This document shows positions 1 through 10,066 of a stretch of 64,000 nt of DNA, in pieces. Every line of letters begins with the position of its first letter. Position 1 is the first letter of the stretch. The notes beneath the pieces are model-generated. The model was not told where the DNA came from and searched no databases. It saw only the letters and a program-made list of their open reading frames with translations. The translations under genes were made by a program, and so were the position numbers. Origin of the DNA: a candidate division WOR-3 bacterium (GTDB lineage: Bacteria > Hydrothermota > Tepidihabitantia > Tepidihabitantales > Tepidihabitantaceae); assembly GCA_037441285.1 (NCBI GenBank), contig JBBISL010000003.1, forward strand, positions 1 through 64,000, given 5' to 3'.

Positions 1-618
1 GCAAAGCAGGTTAAGGGCAGTTATCTCGCCGGGGGTTGGCTCTATTTTCAGAAGAAGCGGGTGGCACCGGTGGGAGAAATCAGGATTCCGGGCAAACACA
101 ATATCGAAAACGCCCTCGCTGCGGTTTGTGTGGCAAAAATTCTGGCTGTTTCTCACAACGCAATCCGGGCGGCGTTAAAGAATTTTCAGGGGTTGGAGCA
201 CAGGCTGGAACCGGTTAAAAAAGTTCGAGGAGTTCTTTATATAAACAATTCGATGTGCACTAATCCTCGAGCCGGGGCTCGGTCAATTGAGGCTTTTACG
301 AAGAAGGTGATATTGATTGCCGGCGGCAAGGAGAAAGGGGTAAAACCAGATGAGTATCTGAATGCGATGAAAAGACATGCAAAGTGGGTTGTTCTTTTAG
401 GCGAAAACAGCGCGAGACTTGCTCAAGGGCTTTCCCGATTGGGTTTCAAACGATTTGAATTTGCCCAAACCATGCGTGAAGCGGTTCATCGGGCATCGGC
501 GAGAGCGATTAAGGGAGATATTGTGCTATTTTCACCCGGATTTGCCAGTTTTGATATGTTTTGCAATTTTCAAGAACGAGGAAAGGTCTTCAAAAATGTG
601 GTCGGCAAACTGGAATAG
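1..618 (+). CDS. murD: UDP-MurNAc-L-Ala--D-Glu ligase, 5'-truncated by window edge
   Basis: Frame open from base 1; motifs GKHNIEN, GLEHRLE, ILIAGG, FSPGFASFDMF..F.ERG; dcw position before ftsW. Confidence 0.93.
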   Translation, partial: AKQVKGSYLAGGWLYFQKKRVAPVGEIRIPGKHNIENALAAVCVAKILAVSHNAIRAALKNFQGLEHRLEPVKKVRGVLYINNSMCTNPRAGARSIEAFTKKVILIAGGKEKGVKPDEYLNAMKRHAKWVVLLGENSARLAQGLSRLGFKRFEFAQTMREAVHRASARAIKGDIVLFSPGFASFDMFCNFQERGKVFKNVVGKLE

Positions 619-1822
619 ACCAACAACCAACGGTGTGCTGGCTGCAAGCTCATTTGCCCGGGAGGGTAGTGAGCAACCTAATGCTCCCATTGATTACACC
701 CTTTTGGCAGTCGTGGTTACACTGACGCTGCTCGGCGTGGTGATGGTCTATGCATCTACCTATCATTGGGGATTTCACTACCTGAAGTGGCAGTTCTTAC
801 GAGCGATAATTGGGATCTTAGCGTTATGGGTGGGAACGAAGTTAAATATCTTTCGGCTTGCCAGTCCGGGCGCGCGGCGGTTTTTGCTGATATTAACTAT
901 AGGTGCGCTCATCGCAACGCTGTTTTTGGGCGAATTGGTCGGTGTTACCAAACGCAATATTCTTGGTGCAGTGCAACCCGCAGAGTTTGCCAAGTTTGTT
1001 GTGGTGATCTGGCTTGCTGGCTATTTTGCCGAACTCAATGATTCGGGCAAAAAGACAACTTTTCTAAATTCCTTGTTGAAGCCGGGGTTGGTTGTAGGGA
1101 TGATTGTAATGCTAACACTTATGCAGCCGGCGGTGGGAACAAGTTTTATTATCGCCCTTTCGAGCGGAGTCCTGTTTATTGTTGCGGGAGTAAAGTGGCG
1201 TTATCTGCTTACTGCTGGTCTGGTGGTGATACTGGTCATCGCAGCAGGGTTGTTGATGTTACCGGTGCTCCGGAACAGCAAGTACCAATACATTGTTGAG
1301 CGCTGGGATAAGTTTCGCGCCGGTGACCGGTATCAACAGGAACAGGCTTTGATTGCCCTGGGTTCAGGAGGACCAGTGGGACGCGGCTTGGGCGAAGGTC
1401 GCCAGAAATACTATTTTTTGCCGAAGTTACATAAGGATTTTATCTTCTGTGCAATTGGTGAAGAGATGGGTTTCTTAGGCTGTTTTGGGGTAATGGTGCT
1501 TTATTTGATTTTTTTCCTGCGAAGTTTGCGCATCGCGAAGTGGACAACGACTGAATTCGGGCATCTTCTAAGTTGTGGCATTGGAGTAGTGATTATTCTC
1601 TATGCATTTGTGCATCAGGCGGTGGCATTGAGTATCATCCCTACGACGGGTCAGCCATTACCTTTCATATCGTACGGTGGTTCAGCATTAATGGCGAACC
1701 TTTTCGCCGCGGGACTGGTGTTGAAGATTTCAAAATATCGGAGAAGTGGAATTGAAGAAGGTGTTAATCGTCGCGGGTGGAACCGGTGGCCATATCTTTC
1801 CGGCGCTCGCCCTCGCCCGTGA
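596..1822 (+). CDS. ftsW: SEDS-family peptidoglycan polymerase FtsW
   Basis: Multi-pass TM; QPAEFAK, YQQEQALIALGSGG, LPKLHKDFIF, PTTGQPLPFISYGGS; ATG 596 preferred over ORF-track start 419, which lies deep inside murD. Confidence 0.93.
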   Translation: MWSANWNRPTTNGVLAASSFAREGSEQPNAPIDYTLLAVVVTLTLLGVVMVYASTYHWGFHYLKWQFLRAIIGILALWVGTKLNIFRLASPGARRFLLILTIGALIATLFLGELVGVTKRNILGAVQPAEFAKFVVVIWLAGYFAELNDSGKKTTFLNSLLKPGLVVGMIVMLTLMQPAVGTSFIIALSSGVLFIVAGVKWRYLLTAGLVVILVIAAGLLMLPVLRNSKYQYIVERWDKFRAGDRYQQEQALIALGSGGPVGRGLGEGRQKYYFLPKLHKDFIFCAIGEEMGFLGCFGVMVLYLIFFLRSLRIAKWTTTEFGHLLSCGIGVVIILYAFVHQAVALSIIPTTGQPLPFISYGGSALMANLFAAGLVLKISKYRRSGIEEGVNRRGWNRWPYLSGARPRP

Positions 1823-2786
1823 ATTAGCGCAGCGTGGCGTTGAGGTGGTGTGGGCGGGAAGGCCAGAAGGTATGGAGCGCGATATTGTAAGAAAGGCGGG
1901 CTATGTTTTTGAGCCTGTGGGCGCCGGGAAATTTTCCGGAAAAGGAGTTGGAGTTAAGATTATAAATCTGGCACGATTGGTACGAGGGTTTTTTCAAAGT
2001 ATGAGAGTTTTGACAAAAGAGCAACCTGATGCGATTGTTGCGGGCGGAGGATTTGTTTCAGTTCCAATTCTACTTGCCGCGTGGCTGCAGGGAAGGCAAT
2101 TTTTCCTTCTCGAGCAGAATCGAATCCCGGGTAGGGTGACGAGATTTTTTGCCCCTCACGCCCGGGAGTCGTTTCTTACCTTTCCGCCGGAAAAGCCTTT
2201 CCCAGGGCGGTTTTCGATTACCGGGACCCCGCTGCGAGAAGAAATTGTCAACGGGCATCGACATGATGACGGTAAAACGGTTCTTATCCTTGGTGGTAGC
2301 CAAGGGGCAAGAGTATTGAATCTTGCAGCACTTGATACCGCAGCGGCTTTGACCAATCTCAATTTTATTATACTGACGGGCCGGCGCGATTACGCGGCGA
2401 TAAAAGCACTCGTGCGGTCAGCAAACTGCGAGCTGGTTGAATGGACGGACCACCCGGAAGAGCTTTATCGGCGGGCAACAATTGCTGTATCCCGAGCAGG
2501 CGGCATGGTAGTTAACGAATTGCTTGTTTTTGGTATCCCGATGATTCTGATTCCGTTTCCCGGTGCGGCGGACCGGCACCAAGAGGCAAATGCACGTTTT
2601 GTCTGTTCCCAGGGTGCGGCAATTGTTCTTGAGCAGAATCAGATTTCCGGTTTGACGAGTTTGGTCCGTACCTTGATTGCAGACAAACAGCGGCGTCAGG
2701 AGATGGAGCGATGTGCCAAAGCGCTGGCAAAACCTGGATCGGCACGGGAAATTACCGAAAGGATGGAGCGGTGTTTGGCAAACTAA
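1746..2786 (+). CDS. murG: Lipid II GlcNAc transferase MurG
   Basis: GGTGGHIFP, GGFVS, EQN.IPG, GGSQGA, SRAG motifs; start may be TTG 1752. Confidence 0.96.
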   Translation: MELKKVLIVAGGTGGHIFPALALARELAQRGVEVVWAGRPEGMERDIVRKAGYVFEPVGAGKFSGKGVGVKIINLARLVRGFFQSMRVLTKEQPDAIVAGGGFVSVPILLAAWLQGRQFFLLEQNRIPGRVTRFFAPHARESFLTFPPEKPFPGRFSITGTPLREEIVNGHRHDDGKTVLILGGSQGARVLNLAALDTAAALTNLNFIILTGRRDYAAIKALVRSANCELVEWTDHPEELYRRATIAVSRAGGMVVNELLVFGIPMILIPFPGAADRHQEANARFVCSQGAAIVLEQNQISGLTSLVRTLIADKQRRQEMERCAKALAKPGSAREITERMERCLAN

Positions 2787-4192
2787 AACGAGTTCATTTT
2801 GTTGGCATTGGGGGGAGCGGAATGTCGGGAATTGCACTGGTCCTGAAGAATTTGGGGTTTGAGGTTTCGGGTTCGGATTTGAAGGAGAGCGCGGTTACAA
2901 ACAAGTTGCGCGAGGCAGGAATCACAGTCTTTATTGGCCACGATGCCGCAAACTGCGGTGATGCTGAAGTGGTGGTTTATTCTACAGCGGTCAAAGAAGA
3001 TAACCCGGAACTTGTGGCCGCGCGGGCAAGGGGGGTGCCGGTGATCAGACGGGCTGAGATGCTGGCAGAGTTGATGCGGCTGAAGTTTTCAATTGCGATT
3101 TCTGGTAGTCATGGGAAGACAACGACAACCTCGCTTGTAACTCACATCTTGACACGGGCGGGGTTTGACCCAACGGCAGTGATTGGTGGTATCATAATGG
3201 GAGCCGACGCCGGAGCGCGTCTCGGACAGTCGGAGTATCTGGTGGCGGAAGCCGATGAAAGTGACCGGTCGTTTCTCCTCCTTTATCCTTCAATTGCCGT
3301 TGTTACCAACATTGAACCAGAACATCTTGATTTCTATCGCGACCTGTCAGATTTGAAACGGGAATTTGTTCGATTTGTTAACCGGGTCCCATTTTACGGC
3401 AGCGTAATTCTTGGGGTTGACTCGCCAGCGGTGCGGGCAATTCGTTCTCGAATAATGCGACGAGTGGTGACCTATGCAATTGATAATCCGGCTGATTTTC
3501 AGGCAAAAGGTGTCCAGCTTTATCGCTGGAGCTCGGCTTTTACGTTGCTTTATGGGGGCAAAGAGGTGGGTCGGTTCAGTCTGGGTATGGCAGGAAGGCA
3601 CAATGTTCAGAATGCATTGGCTGCGATTGCTGTTGGTGTAGAGCTGGGGATTGATTTTAAGACAATCGAGCAGGCACTGGCAACATTTTCTGGTGTACAT
3701 CGGAGGTTGGAAAAACGAGGGGAAGTGGACGGGATTGTTATTTATGATGACTACGGTCACCATCCAACTGAAATCAGAGTAACGGTTGAAACACTGCGGC
3801 ACGCCTATCCTAACGAACGAATACTGGTGGTATTTCAACCCCATCGTTACACGCGCACGAAACTGCTGGCTGAGGAGTTTGGAACAAGTTTTGACAGCGC
3901 CGATGAGGTGATTATCACGGGAATTTATCCCGCAGGGGAGTGTCCCCTTCCTGGAGTGGATGAAGAGTTGATTATTGGTGCGGTGAAAAACAAGAGCCGT
4001 CCCGGGTTAATTGTCCATCATATTCCTGACCTGAGTTTGGTACCAGAATTTCTTCAAAAGCGGTTGCAGCGCAACAATGTTGTACTGACATTAGGGGCAG
4101 GTAGCATTACGCACCTGGCAGGAGAGATATTACAGATGTTAAGAGAGGGAACTGGTGCGGCGAACCCCGAGCGTAGAAAGGAGAAAAGGTGA
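2771..4192 (+). CDS. murC: UDP-MurNAc--L-Ala ligase
   Basis: HFVGIGGSGMSG, GSHGKTTT, EADESD, DDYGHHPTE, FQPHRYTRT; GTG 2771 follows GGAG. Confidence 0.96.
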   Translation: MFGKLKRVHFVGIGGSGMSGIALVLKNLGFEVSGSDLKESAVTNKLREAGITVFIGHDAANCGDAEVVVYSTAVKEDNPELVAARARGVPVIRRAEMLAELMRLKFSIAISGSHGKTTTTSLVTHILTRAGFDPTAVIGGIIMGADAGARLGQSEYLVAEADESDRSFLLLYPSIAVVTNIEPEHLDFYRDLSDLKREFVRFVNRVPFYGSVILGVDSPAVRAIRSRIMRRVVTYAIDNPADFQAKGVQLYRWSSAFTLLYGGKEVGRFSLGMAGRHNVQNALAAIAVGVELGIDFKTIEQALATFSGVHRRLEKRGEVDGIVIYDDYGHHPTEIRVTVETLRHAYPNERILVVFQPHRYTRTKLLAEEFGTSFDSADEVIITGIYPAGECPLPGVDEELIIGAVKNKSRPGLIVHHIPDLSLVPEFLQKRLQRNNVVLTLGAGSITHLAGEILQMLREGTGAANPERRKEKR

Positions 4193-5133
4193 AGGGGTGG
4201 CGAGCAGAGTTGGTGCGCTTTTTTGAAGATAGTGATGCGGTGTTGAAGTTTGATGAACCGCTGGCGCAGTGGACCAGTTTTCGGATTGGTGGACCGGCCG
4301 ATGTGTTGGTGGTTGTCAAGAATGAAAGACAGTTAGCGGCGCTGCGTTCTTTAGTCATGGAGTATCAGATCAAGATGAATGTAATGGGTCAGGGGACCAA
4401 TGTGGTTGTTTCTGACCAGGGTTTAAGGGGAGTAGTGGTAAAATTGGGAGGGGACTTTGCCCGGATTGAAGTAATCGGACCCGATGGGGCGGGAGGAATT
4501 CTGGCAGCCGCAGGAGCGGGTGTTCGATTAGACCATATTGCCGAATTTGCCGAGGAACACGAGTTAAAGGGAGCGGATTTTCTCGCTGGCATTCCCGGAA
4601 CTGTGGGAGGAGGACTTTTGAGTAATGCCGGGGCATTTGGTCATTGTTTGGGTGAACTTGTTGTTAGGGTGAGGGTAATGGATAGGTCTGGTGCGTTTCG
4701 AGTTCTGGAAAGGACGGAGCTCCGGAATGAGTATCGGAGCCCGGTGATGGATAGTTCATTCATTGCAGTCGATACGGTGTTACGACTGTCACCGGGACGC
4801 AGCGAGCAAAGTGTTAAGGCGATTCGGGAGAGCCGATGGCACAAACATCCAAATGAGCCATCAGCCGGTTCTTTTTTCAAGAACCCAGCTCGTGATACGC
4901 CGGCCGGTGCATTAATCGAGCGTTGTGGCTTAAAGGGAGTACAAGTAGGAGGGGCGAAGGTTTCCGAAAAGCACGCCAATTTTATTGTCAATATTGGAGG
5001 GGCTAAGTTTGCTGATGTTTATGAATTGGCTCAACTGATTAAGGCGGTGGTTGAGGAAAAAACCGGAATTGAACTTGATGAGGAGGTTCAGTTGCTGCCG
5101 AAATTTGAAGATGGGGGAGGAGGGTTTAATTGA
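4189..5133 (+). CDS. murB: UDP-N-acetylenolpyruvoylglucosamine reductase
   Basis: IGGPA, GQGTN, GIPGTVGG, NAGA, SAGSFFKNP, KHANF motifs. Confidence 0.96.
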   Translation: MKGWRAELVRFFEDSDAVLKFDEPLAQWTSFRIGGPADVLVVVKNERQLAALRSLVMEYQIKMNVMGQGTNVVVSDQGLRGVVVKLGGDFARIEVIGPDGAGGILAAAGAGVRLDHIAEFAEEHELKGADFLAGIPGTVGGGLLSNAGAFGHCLGELVVRVRVMDRSGAFRVLERTELRNEYRSPVMDSSFIAVDTVLRLSPGRSEQSVKAIRESRWHKHPNEPSAGSFFKNPARDTPAGALIERCGLKGVQVGGAKVSEKHANFIVNIGGAKFADVYELAQLIKAVVEEKTGIELDEEVQLLPKFEDGGGGFN

Positions 5134-5193
5134 TGAAGATAAAATGTGAACCGATAAAGGGTCGGGGTAAGTTGGAGGAAAGGAGGTAGGTTT

Positions 5194-6420
5194 ATGTCAA
5201 AGTTGAAGCGCATCGCGGCCGTTGATATTGGTAGCACCAAAATTTGCTGTATGATCGCCGAAGTTGACTCGGTGGGGAAGATTGAAATTAAAGGATTTGG
5301 AACGGCACCACCCGATGGGTTCCGGTTGGGGGTCGTAATCAGTCTTGATAAAGCGATTGATTCTGTTGCTCGGGCAATGGAAGATGCGGAGAAGATGGCA
5401 CAGTGCCGGTTTCGAAACTGTCAGGTTTTTACCGGTATTACGGGTGACCATATTAAGTACCTGTCCGGTCTGGGTGCGGTACCAGTTAGCCGACCAACAA
5501 AGGGAATTCAACCACGAGATGTTGAAGATGTGATTCGGCAGGCGCAGACGATTCGGTTGCCGAACGATGAGCAGATTCTTCATGTGATACCAACGCAGTT
5601 TATCGTTGATGGCCAGAAAGGGGTTCGTAATCCACTGGGGCTTTTCGGGGTACGGCTTGAGGTGGAAGCGTTGCTTGTGATTGGGGCGGTTACCGCAATT
5701 GAGAATGTGTATCGGGTGCTGGAACGCCTGGAGGTACGTTCCCGGGTGTTAGTATTACAGTCGCTTGCGACTTCATTTGCGGTATGTGACGAGCAGGATA
5801 AGGAACTGGGGGTTGCAGTGATTGACATCGGCGGAGTGATGGACATTTCGATCTATCGCGAGGGCGAGATAAGATTCACAAAGTTGCTACCGGTCGGCGC
5901 GGCGAATATTACGAAGGATGTTGCAATTGGGCTTCGGACTTCCTACCAGGAAGCGGAGCGGGTGAAACGGGAGAAAGGTGTGGCAATGGCGGCAATGGTG
6001 GAACGGGACGAGGCACTGACGATTGAGGATGCTTCGGGGCGAGGTCCCAAAGAGGTTTCACGCCGATTGCTGGCGTCAATAATTGAACCGCGGGTTGAAG
6101 AGTTGCTAAATCTGGCTGACAGTGAAGTGCGAAAGTCCGGACTGGGTGATGGTCTTTCCGCGGGGGTGGTTTTAACCGGGGGCGGTGCATTGCTCCCTGG
6201 AATCGATATTCTTGCAGAGCAAATTTGCGGTATGCCGGTTAAGATTGGAAGACCGGACCGTATTAACGGACCGCGGGAGGTTACTCAGAATCCTGCTTTT
6301 AGTACGGCAGCAGGGCTGATAAAGTGTGCAGTTGAAGGAAGGGGAAGACAGTTTCACCAGTTGCCGCCCCCGGGTCTGGGGCAAAGGCTCTGGGATGATA
6401 TTAAAGGATGGTTTTCGTGA
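5194..6420 (+). CDS. ftsA: Cell division protein FtsA
   Basis: DIGSTKI, ITKDVA, AERVK, IIEPRVEE, GVVLTGGG; directly upstream of ftsZ; SD AGGAGG. Confidence 0.95.
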   Translation: MSKLKRIAAVDIGSTKICCMIAEVDSVGKIEIKGFGTAPPDGFRLGVVISLDKAIDSVARAMEDAEKMAQCRFRNCQVFTGITGDHIKYLSGLGAVPVSRPTKGIQPRDVEDVIRQAQTIRLPNDEQILHVIPTQFIVDGQKGVRNPLGLFGVRLEVEALLVIGAVTAIENVYRVLERLEVRSRVLVLQSLATSFAVCDEQDKELGVAVIDIGGVMDISIYREGEIRFTKLLPVGAANITKDVAIGLRTSYQEAERVKREKGVAMAAMVERDEALTIEDASGRGPKEVSRRLLASIIEPRVEELLNLADSEVRKSGLGDGLSAGVVLTGGGALLPGIDILAEQICGMPVKIGRPDRINGPREVTQNPAFSTAAGLIKCAVEGRGRQFHQLPPPGLGQRLWDDIKGWFS

Positions 6421-6444
6421 GGCAATAAAATAAAAGGAGGCAAG

Positions 6445-7539
6445 ATGATTGAACCAGTAGAAGAAAGAAATCTAACCCGGATCGGTGTGTTCGGGGTAGG
6501 AGGTGCCGGTTGCAATGCGGTAAATCATATGTGTGAAGTTAAGCTGGGCGGTGTTGAGCTCTACGCAGTGAATACTGACCTGCAGGCGTTGTCGATGTGT
6601 CTGGTACCTAATAAGATTCAAATCGGAGCACAATTGACCGGCGGGTTGGGTTCGGGTGGCGACCCTAAAATTGGGCGTCAGGCAGCAGAGGAGTCGATTC
6701 AAACATTACGAGAGCACCTTGCTGGGTTCGACATGGTGTTCATTGCGGCGGGAGAGGGTGGAGGTACCGGAACCGGTGCAGCACCGGTTATTGCGCAGGA
6801 GGCAAAGCAACAGGGTGCCCTGGTTGTGGCGGTGGTTACGCGGCCGTTTGATTTTGAAGGTAAACAGCGTCAGGAGAAAGCACGGACGGGGATCGATATG
6901 CTGCGTCCGCATGTCGACACGCTGATTGTGCTGCCCAATCAGAGAATTTTAGAAATTTATGGCGCGCAGCCCTGTTTTGAGGCGTTTCGATTGGCGGACG
7001 AGGTTTTGTTAAACGCAGTAAGTGGCATTTCGGAAATTGTTACCACTCGGCAGCTAATCAACATTGATTTCGCTGATGTCCGTACCGTGATGAGCGAACG
7101 AGGGGGTGCAGTAATGTCGGTTGGTATTGCGCAGGGTGAAGGGCGTGCTACGGAAGCGGCGCATCGGGCACTGCGATCACCTTTGATTGAGGATGTATCG
7201 ATTGAAAGCGCCCGCCGGGTGCTGCTCAATATTTCGGGCGATGAGACCATGACCCTCAAGGAGGTAGATGAAGCGGCGTCAATCATCTTTCATGCGACCA
7301 ATGGTCAGGCAGATATCAGAATGGGGGCGGCGCGTTTGGAGGGTATGAAGTCGGCGTTAAAGGTGACGCTGATTGCTACTGGTCTCAATGAGCCGTTACC
7401 AAGGTTTGAAGATGTCGGTGATTTGTTAAAGAACTTAGACGAGTCCCTAATTAGGGGGACAGGAATAAAGCGCGGTGAGCGCATGGTTGACCCCACTAAT
7501 CTGGAGGTGCCGACATTTATCAGAAAACAACTTGACTGA
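6445..7539 (+). CDS. ftsZ: Cell division protein FtsZ
   Basis: GVGGAGCNAV, NTD, GGGTGTG, INIDFADV, C-terminal LEVPTFIRK. Confidence 0.98.
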   Translation: MIEPVEERNLTRIGVFGVGGAGCNAVNHMCEVKLGGVELYAVNTDLQALSMCLVPNKIQIGAQLTGGLGSGGDPKIGRQAAEESIQTLREHLAGFDMVFIAAGEGGGTGTGAAPVIAQEAKQQGALVVAVVTRPFDFEGKQRQEKARTGIDMLRPHVDTLIVLPNQRILEIYGAQPCFEAFRLADEVLLNAVSGISEIVTTRQLINIDFADVRTVMSERGGAVMSVGIAQGEGRATEAAHRALRSPLIEDVSIESARRVLLNISGDETMTLKEVDEAASIIFHATNGQADIRMGAARLEGMKSALKVTLIATGLNEPLPRFEDVGDLLKNLDESLIRGTGIKRGERMVDPTNLEVPTFIRKQLD

Positions 7540-7556
7540 AGGCGCAGGCTCTCAGT

Positions 7557-7610
7557 AGGTTCCAGTCGGTGATATTCAAGCCTCCTGCCGGCTGGAACCT
7601 TCTTCTTTTT
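7557..7610 (+). terminator. Intrinsic terminator after ftsZ
   Basis: AGGTTCCAGTCGG / CCGGCTGGAACCT stem followed by TCTTCTTTTT. Confidence 0.7.
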
Positions 7611-7634
7611 GTTAATTTTTACATGATTTGGGAT

Positions 7635-9086
7635 TCAAATTTTTTCAACTGCGGTTCGCATCCAGTAGGTTCGTTCTGCTTCTAAGAGTTTCAAATCTTT
7701 GCGGGTTATGCCGGTTGGATAAACCCCTTTAAAACAGGCGGTGCAGAAGTGGCGGGAGGACTGTTCACCGCGTACCGCTTCAATCAATCCGTCGTAGGTT
7801 TGATAAATTAGTGCATCAGAACCGATGATTTTACAGACTTCTTCTTCGGTTCGGCCCTTGGCGATGAATTCACCACGCGTCATCATGTCGATTCCGTAAA
7901 CACACGGGTAGCGAAGTGGTGGTGCGGTTATTGCCAAGAAAACCTTGCGGGCGCCGGCTTCCCGAATCATCTGGACAATCTCCCGCGAGGTCGTGCCGCG
8001 GACAATGGAATCGTCAACCAAAAGGACATCTTTGCCCTGGATTTGCGAGCGGACGGGATTCAATTTCTGTCTTACTGAGTGGGAACGGTTGGACTGCCAG
8101 GGCATAATGAAGGTGCGGGCGATGTAGCGGTTTTTAATCAAACCCTCGCGCAGTTCGAGTCCGAGCATCCGGGCAAGGGCGACGCCAGCGGGTCGGGCGG
8201 TATCAGGAACGGCAATAACCATGTCGGGCTTTAATCCCCGGCGTCGGACTTCAGCAGCGAGTTTTTCACCGAGGCGCAGGCGGGCTTCATAAACTTCGAT
8301 GTTGTCGATTACTGAATCAGGGCGTGCGAAATAAACAAATTCAAATATGCAGGTGTAGAGTTCACCCTTCTTTATCTCCCGATGGTGCAATCGGTGCTGG
8401 GCATCGATGAAGATCGCTTCTCCGGGGCTGATGTCTCGAAACTGTTTGAAACCGAGGATATCGAGCGCCACGCTTTCTGACGCAACGGCAAAACTTCGGC
8501 CGTCCCGGGCAATTACCAGTGGTCTGATGCCTTTAGCATCACGGAAGGCGAAAAGCCCCTGGCGATGGATTAAACCCACAACTGAGTAGGCGCCTTGAGT
8601 ACGGCGGAAAACCGCTTGAATCGCCCGGAACACATCTTCGGGTTTTACTCGTGTCCCCTTTGTCTTTTCCAGTTCACCGGCAAAGATATGGAGGATCGGT
8701 TCGAGGTCACAGAAGCTGGTTAACTGCCGGCGGTCTTTCTTCTTGAGCTCTTCACGGAGATGGAAATAGTTGGTAACATTGCCATTGTGCGCCATGGCGA
8801 TGCCGTAAGGATAGTTGACATAGAAAGGTTGAGCATCTTCACTCGAACCCGGACCGATTGTCGGGTAACGCGTATGCCCAATGCCCAATGAGCCAGTCAA
8901 ACGGGCAAGGTTTTTTTCATTAAACACCTGCGTTACCAAACCGTTGCCCTTTTTCAGGTGCAGAGTGATGTCCGAGGTCAGGATGCCCGCAGAATTTTGT
9001 CCTCGATGCTGGAGGGCAATGAGGCCTTCAAGCAAATCCATCGCAACCGGGCCCTTTTCATAGAAGAGTCCTAATACGCCGCACAT
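7635..9086 (-). CDS. purF: Amidophosphoribosyltransferase
   Basis: N-terminal MCG, LQHRGQ, GHTRY, HNGN, VDDSIVRGTTS, C-terminal CTACF. Confidence 0.97.
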   Translation of the reverse strand: MCGVLGLFYEKGPVAMDLLEGLIALQHRGQNSAGILTSDITLHLKKGNGLVTQVFNEKNLARLTGSLGIGHTRYPTIGPGSSEDAQPFYVNYPYGIAMAHNGNVTNYFHLREELKKKDRRQLTSFCDLEPILHIFAGELEKTKGTRVKPEDVFRAIQAVFRRTQGAYSVVGLIHRQGLFAFRDAKGIRPLVIARDGRSFAVASESVALDILGFKQFRDISPGEAIFIDAQHRLHHREIKKGELYTCIFEFVYFARPDSVIDNIEVYEARLRLGEKLAAEVRRRGLKPDMVIAVPDTARPAGVALARMLGLELREGLIKNRYIARTFIMPWQSNRSHSVRQKLNPVRSQIQGKDVLLVDDSIVRGTTSREIVQMIREAGARKVFLAITAPPLRYPCVYGIDMMTRGEFIAKGRTEEEVCKIIGSDALIYQTYDGLIEAVRGEQSSRHFCTACFKGVYPTGITRKDLKLLEAERTYWMRTAVEKI

Positions 9087-9092
9087 TCTTTC

Positions 9093-9120
9093 ATTGTAAA
9101 TACGGTTTGATTTAAGTCAA
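9093..9120 (-). promoter_or_regulatory. Sigma70-type promoter of purF (leaderless geometry)
   Basis: TTGACT-16nt-TACAAT-6nt-ATG, no SD. Confidence 0.7.
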
Positions 9121-9136
9121 ATTAGCGTTGATAAGA

Positions 9137-10015
9137 TTAAACGCCGCGTCCCTCAAAGTCCGGGGTGAAATCGCCCGAGGCTGAGGAAAGCTCCTGGCAA
9201 AAACCTTGCTCAAAACCCAATTCAATAAAGAACCGCCGTATTGTTTCGTATTCGGAGGGTCGGAGCCGGCGGTTCATTCCTTCAAGCTCCTGGGCACGGT
9301 AGGTGGGATAGTACTGCGCCATAAGACTGAGCGGCGTGTCGGTGCCAAGGTTTTCTTTTATCCAGAGGAGGATTTTTTTTGAATCTTCCACCTGTCCTGG
9401 TAAGACAAGGTGACGGATTATCAGACCCTTTTTCATAATGCCCTGGTTATCGTAAATGAGTTGCCTGGTTTGGCGTTTCATTTCGGTTATCGCTTGCGTG
9501 GCAAATTGGAAGTAGTTCGGGGCAGCGGAGTATTTGCGCGCCAGTTCATCGGAGAAGTATTTGAAATCGGGCAAATAGATGTCAACTAAACCTTCGAGCG
9601 CACGCAAGGTTTCGACTTTTTCGTAGGCATTTGAGTTCCAGACAATAGGGATTTTAAGTTTGGGTTTTACCTTTTCAAGAATTGGAATAAGTTGTTGGGA
9701 GTAATGGGTCGGAGTAACAAGGTTTATGTTGTGGGCACCACGGTCCTGGAGTTCAAAAATAATCTCCTCCAAACGTTGAGGTGTAACTTTATGACCGTAT
9801 CCTTCTTGCGAGATGTCGTAATTCTGACAGAATTTGCAGGCAAGGTTACAATGAGTAAAAAAAATGGTTCCTGAACCCCGGGTTCCGGAAATGGGCGGTT
9901 CTTCCCAGTAGTGCAGTTGCGCTTGGGCGACTTCAATTTCCGCAGTTGCTCGACAGCGCCCGGGTTGCACCGAACGGTCTACAGAACATTCAAAAGGGCA
10001 AGCATTGCAAAGCAC
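9137..10015 (-). CDS. pflX: PflX-like radical SAM protein
   Basis: CNACPFEC.VDR...G.C, EEPPISG..GSGTIFF, CNLACKFCQN, NINLVTPTH, DIYLPDFKY, RHLVLP. Confidence 0.88.
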   Translation of the reverse strand: MLCNACPFECSVDRSVQPGRCRATAEIEVAQAQLHYWEEPPISGTRGSGTIFFTHCNLACKFCQNYDISQEGYGHKVTPQRLEEIIFELQDRGAHNINLVTPTHYSQQLIPILEKVKPKLKIPIVWNSNAYEKVETLRALEGLVDIYLPDFKYFSDELARKYSAAPNYFQFATQAITEMKRQTRQLIYDNQGIMKKGLIIRHLVLPGQVEDSKKILLWIKENLGTDTPLSLMAQYYPTYRAQELEGMNRRLRPSEYETIRRFFIELGFEQGFCQELSSASGDFTPDFEGRGV

Positions 10016-10021
10016 GATTAA

Positions 10022-10049
10022 ATTTTAGAGGAAATCGGTCAACAGGCAA
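10022..10049 (-). promoter_or_regulatory. Promoter of pflX-like gene (leaderless geometry)
   Basis: TTGCCT-16nt-TAAAAT-6nt-GTG. Confidence 0.55.
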
Positions 10050-10066
10050 CGAAAGCCAATGGGGCC

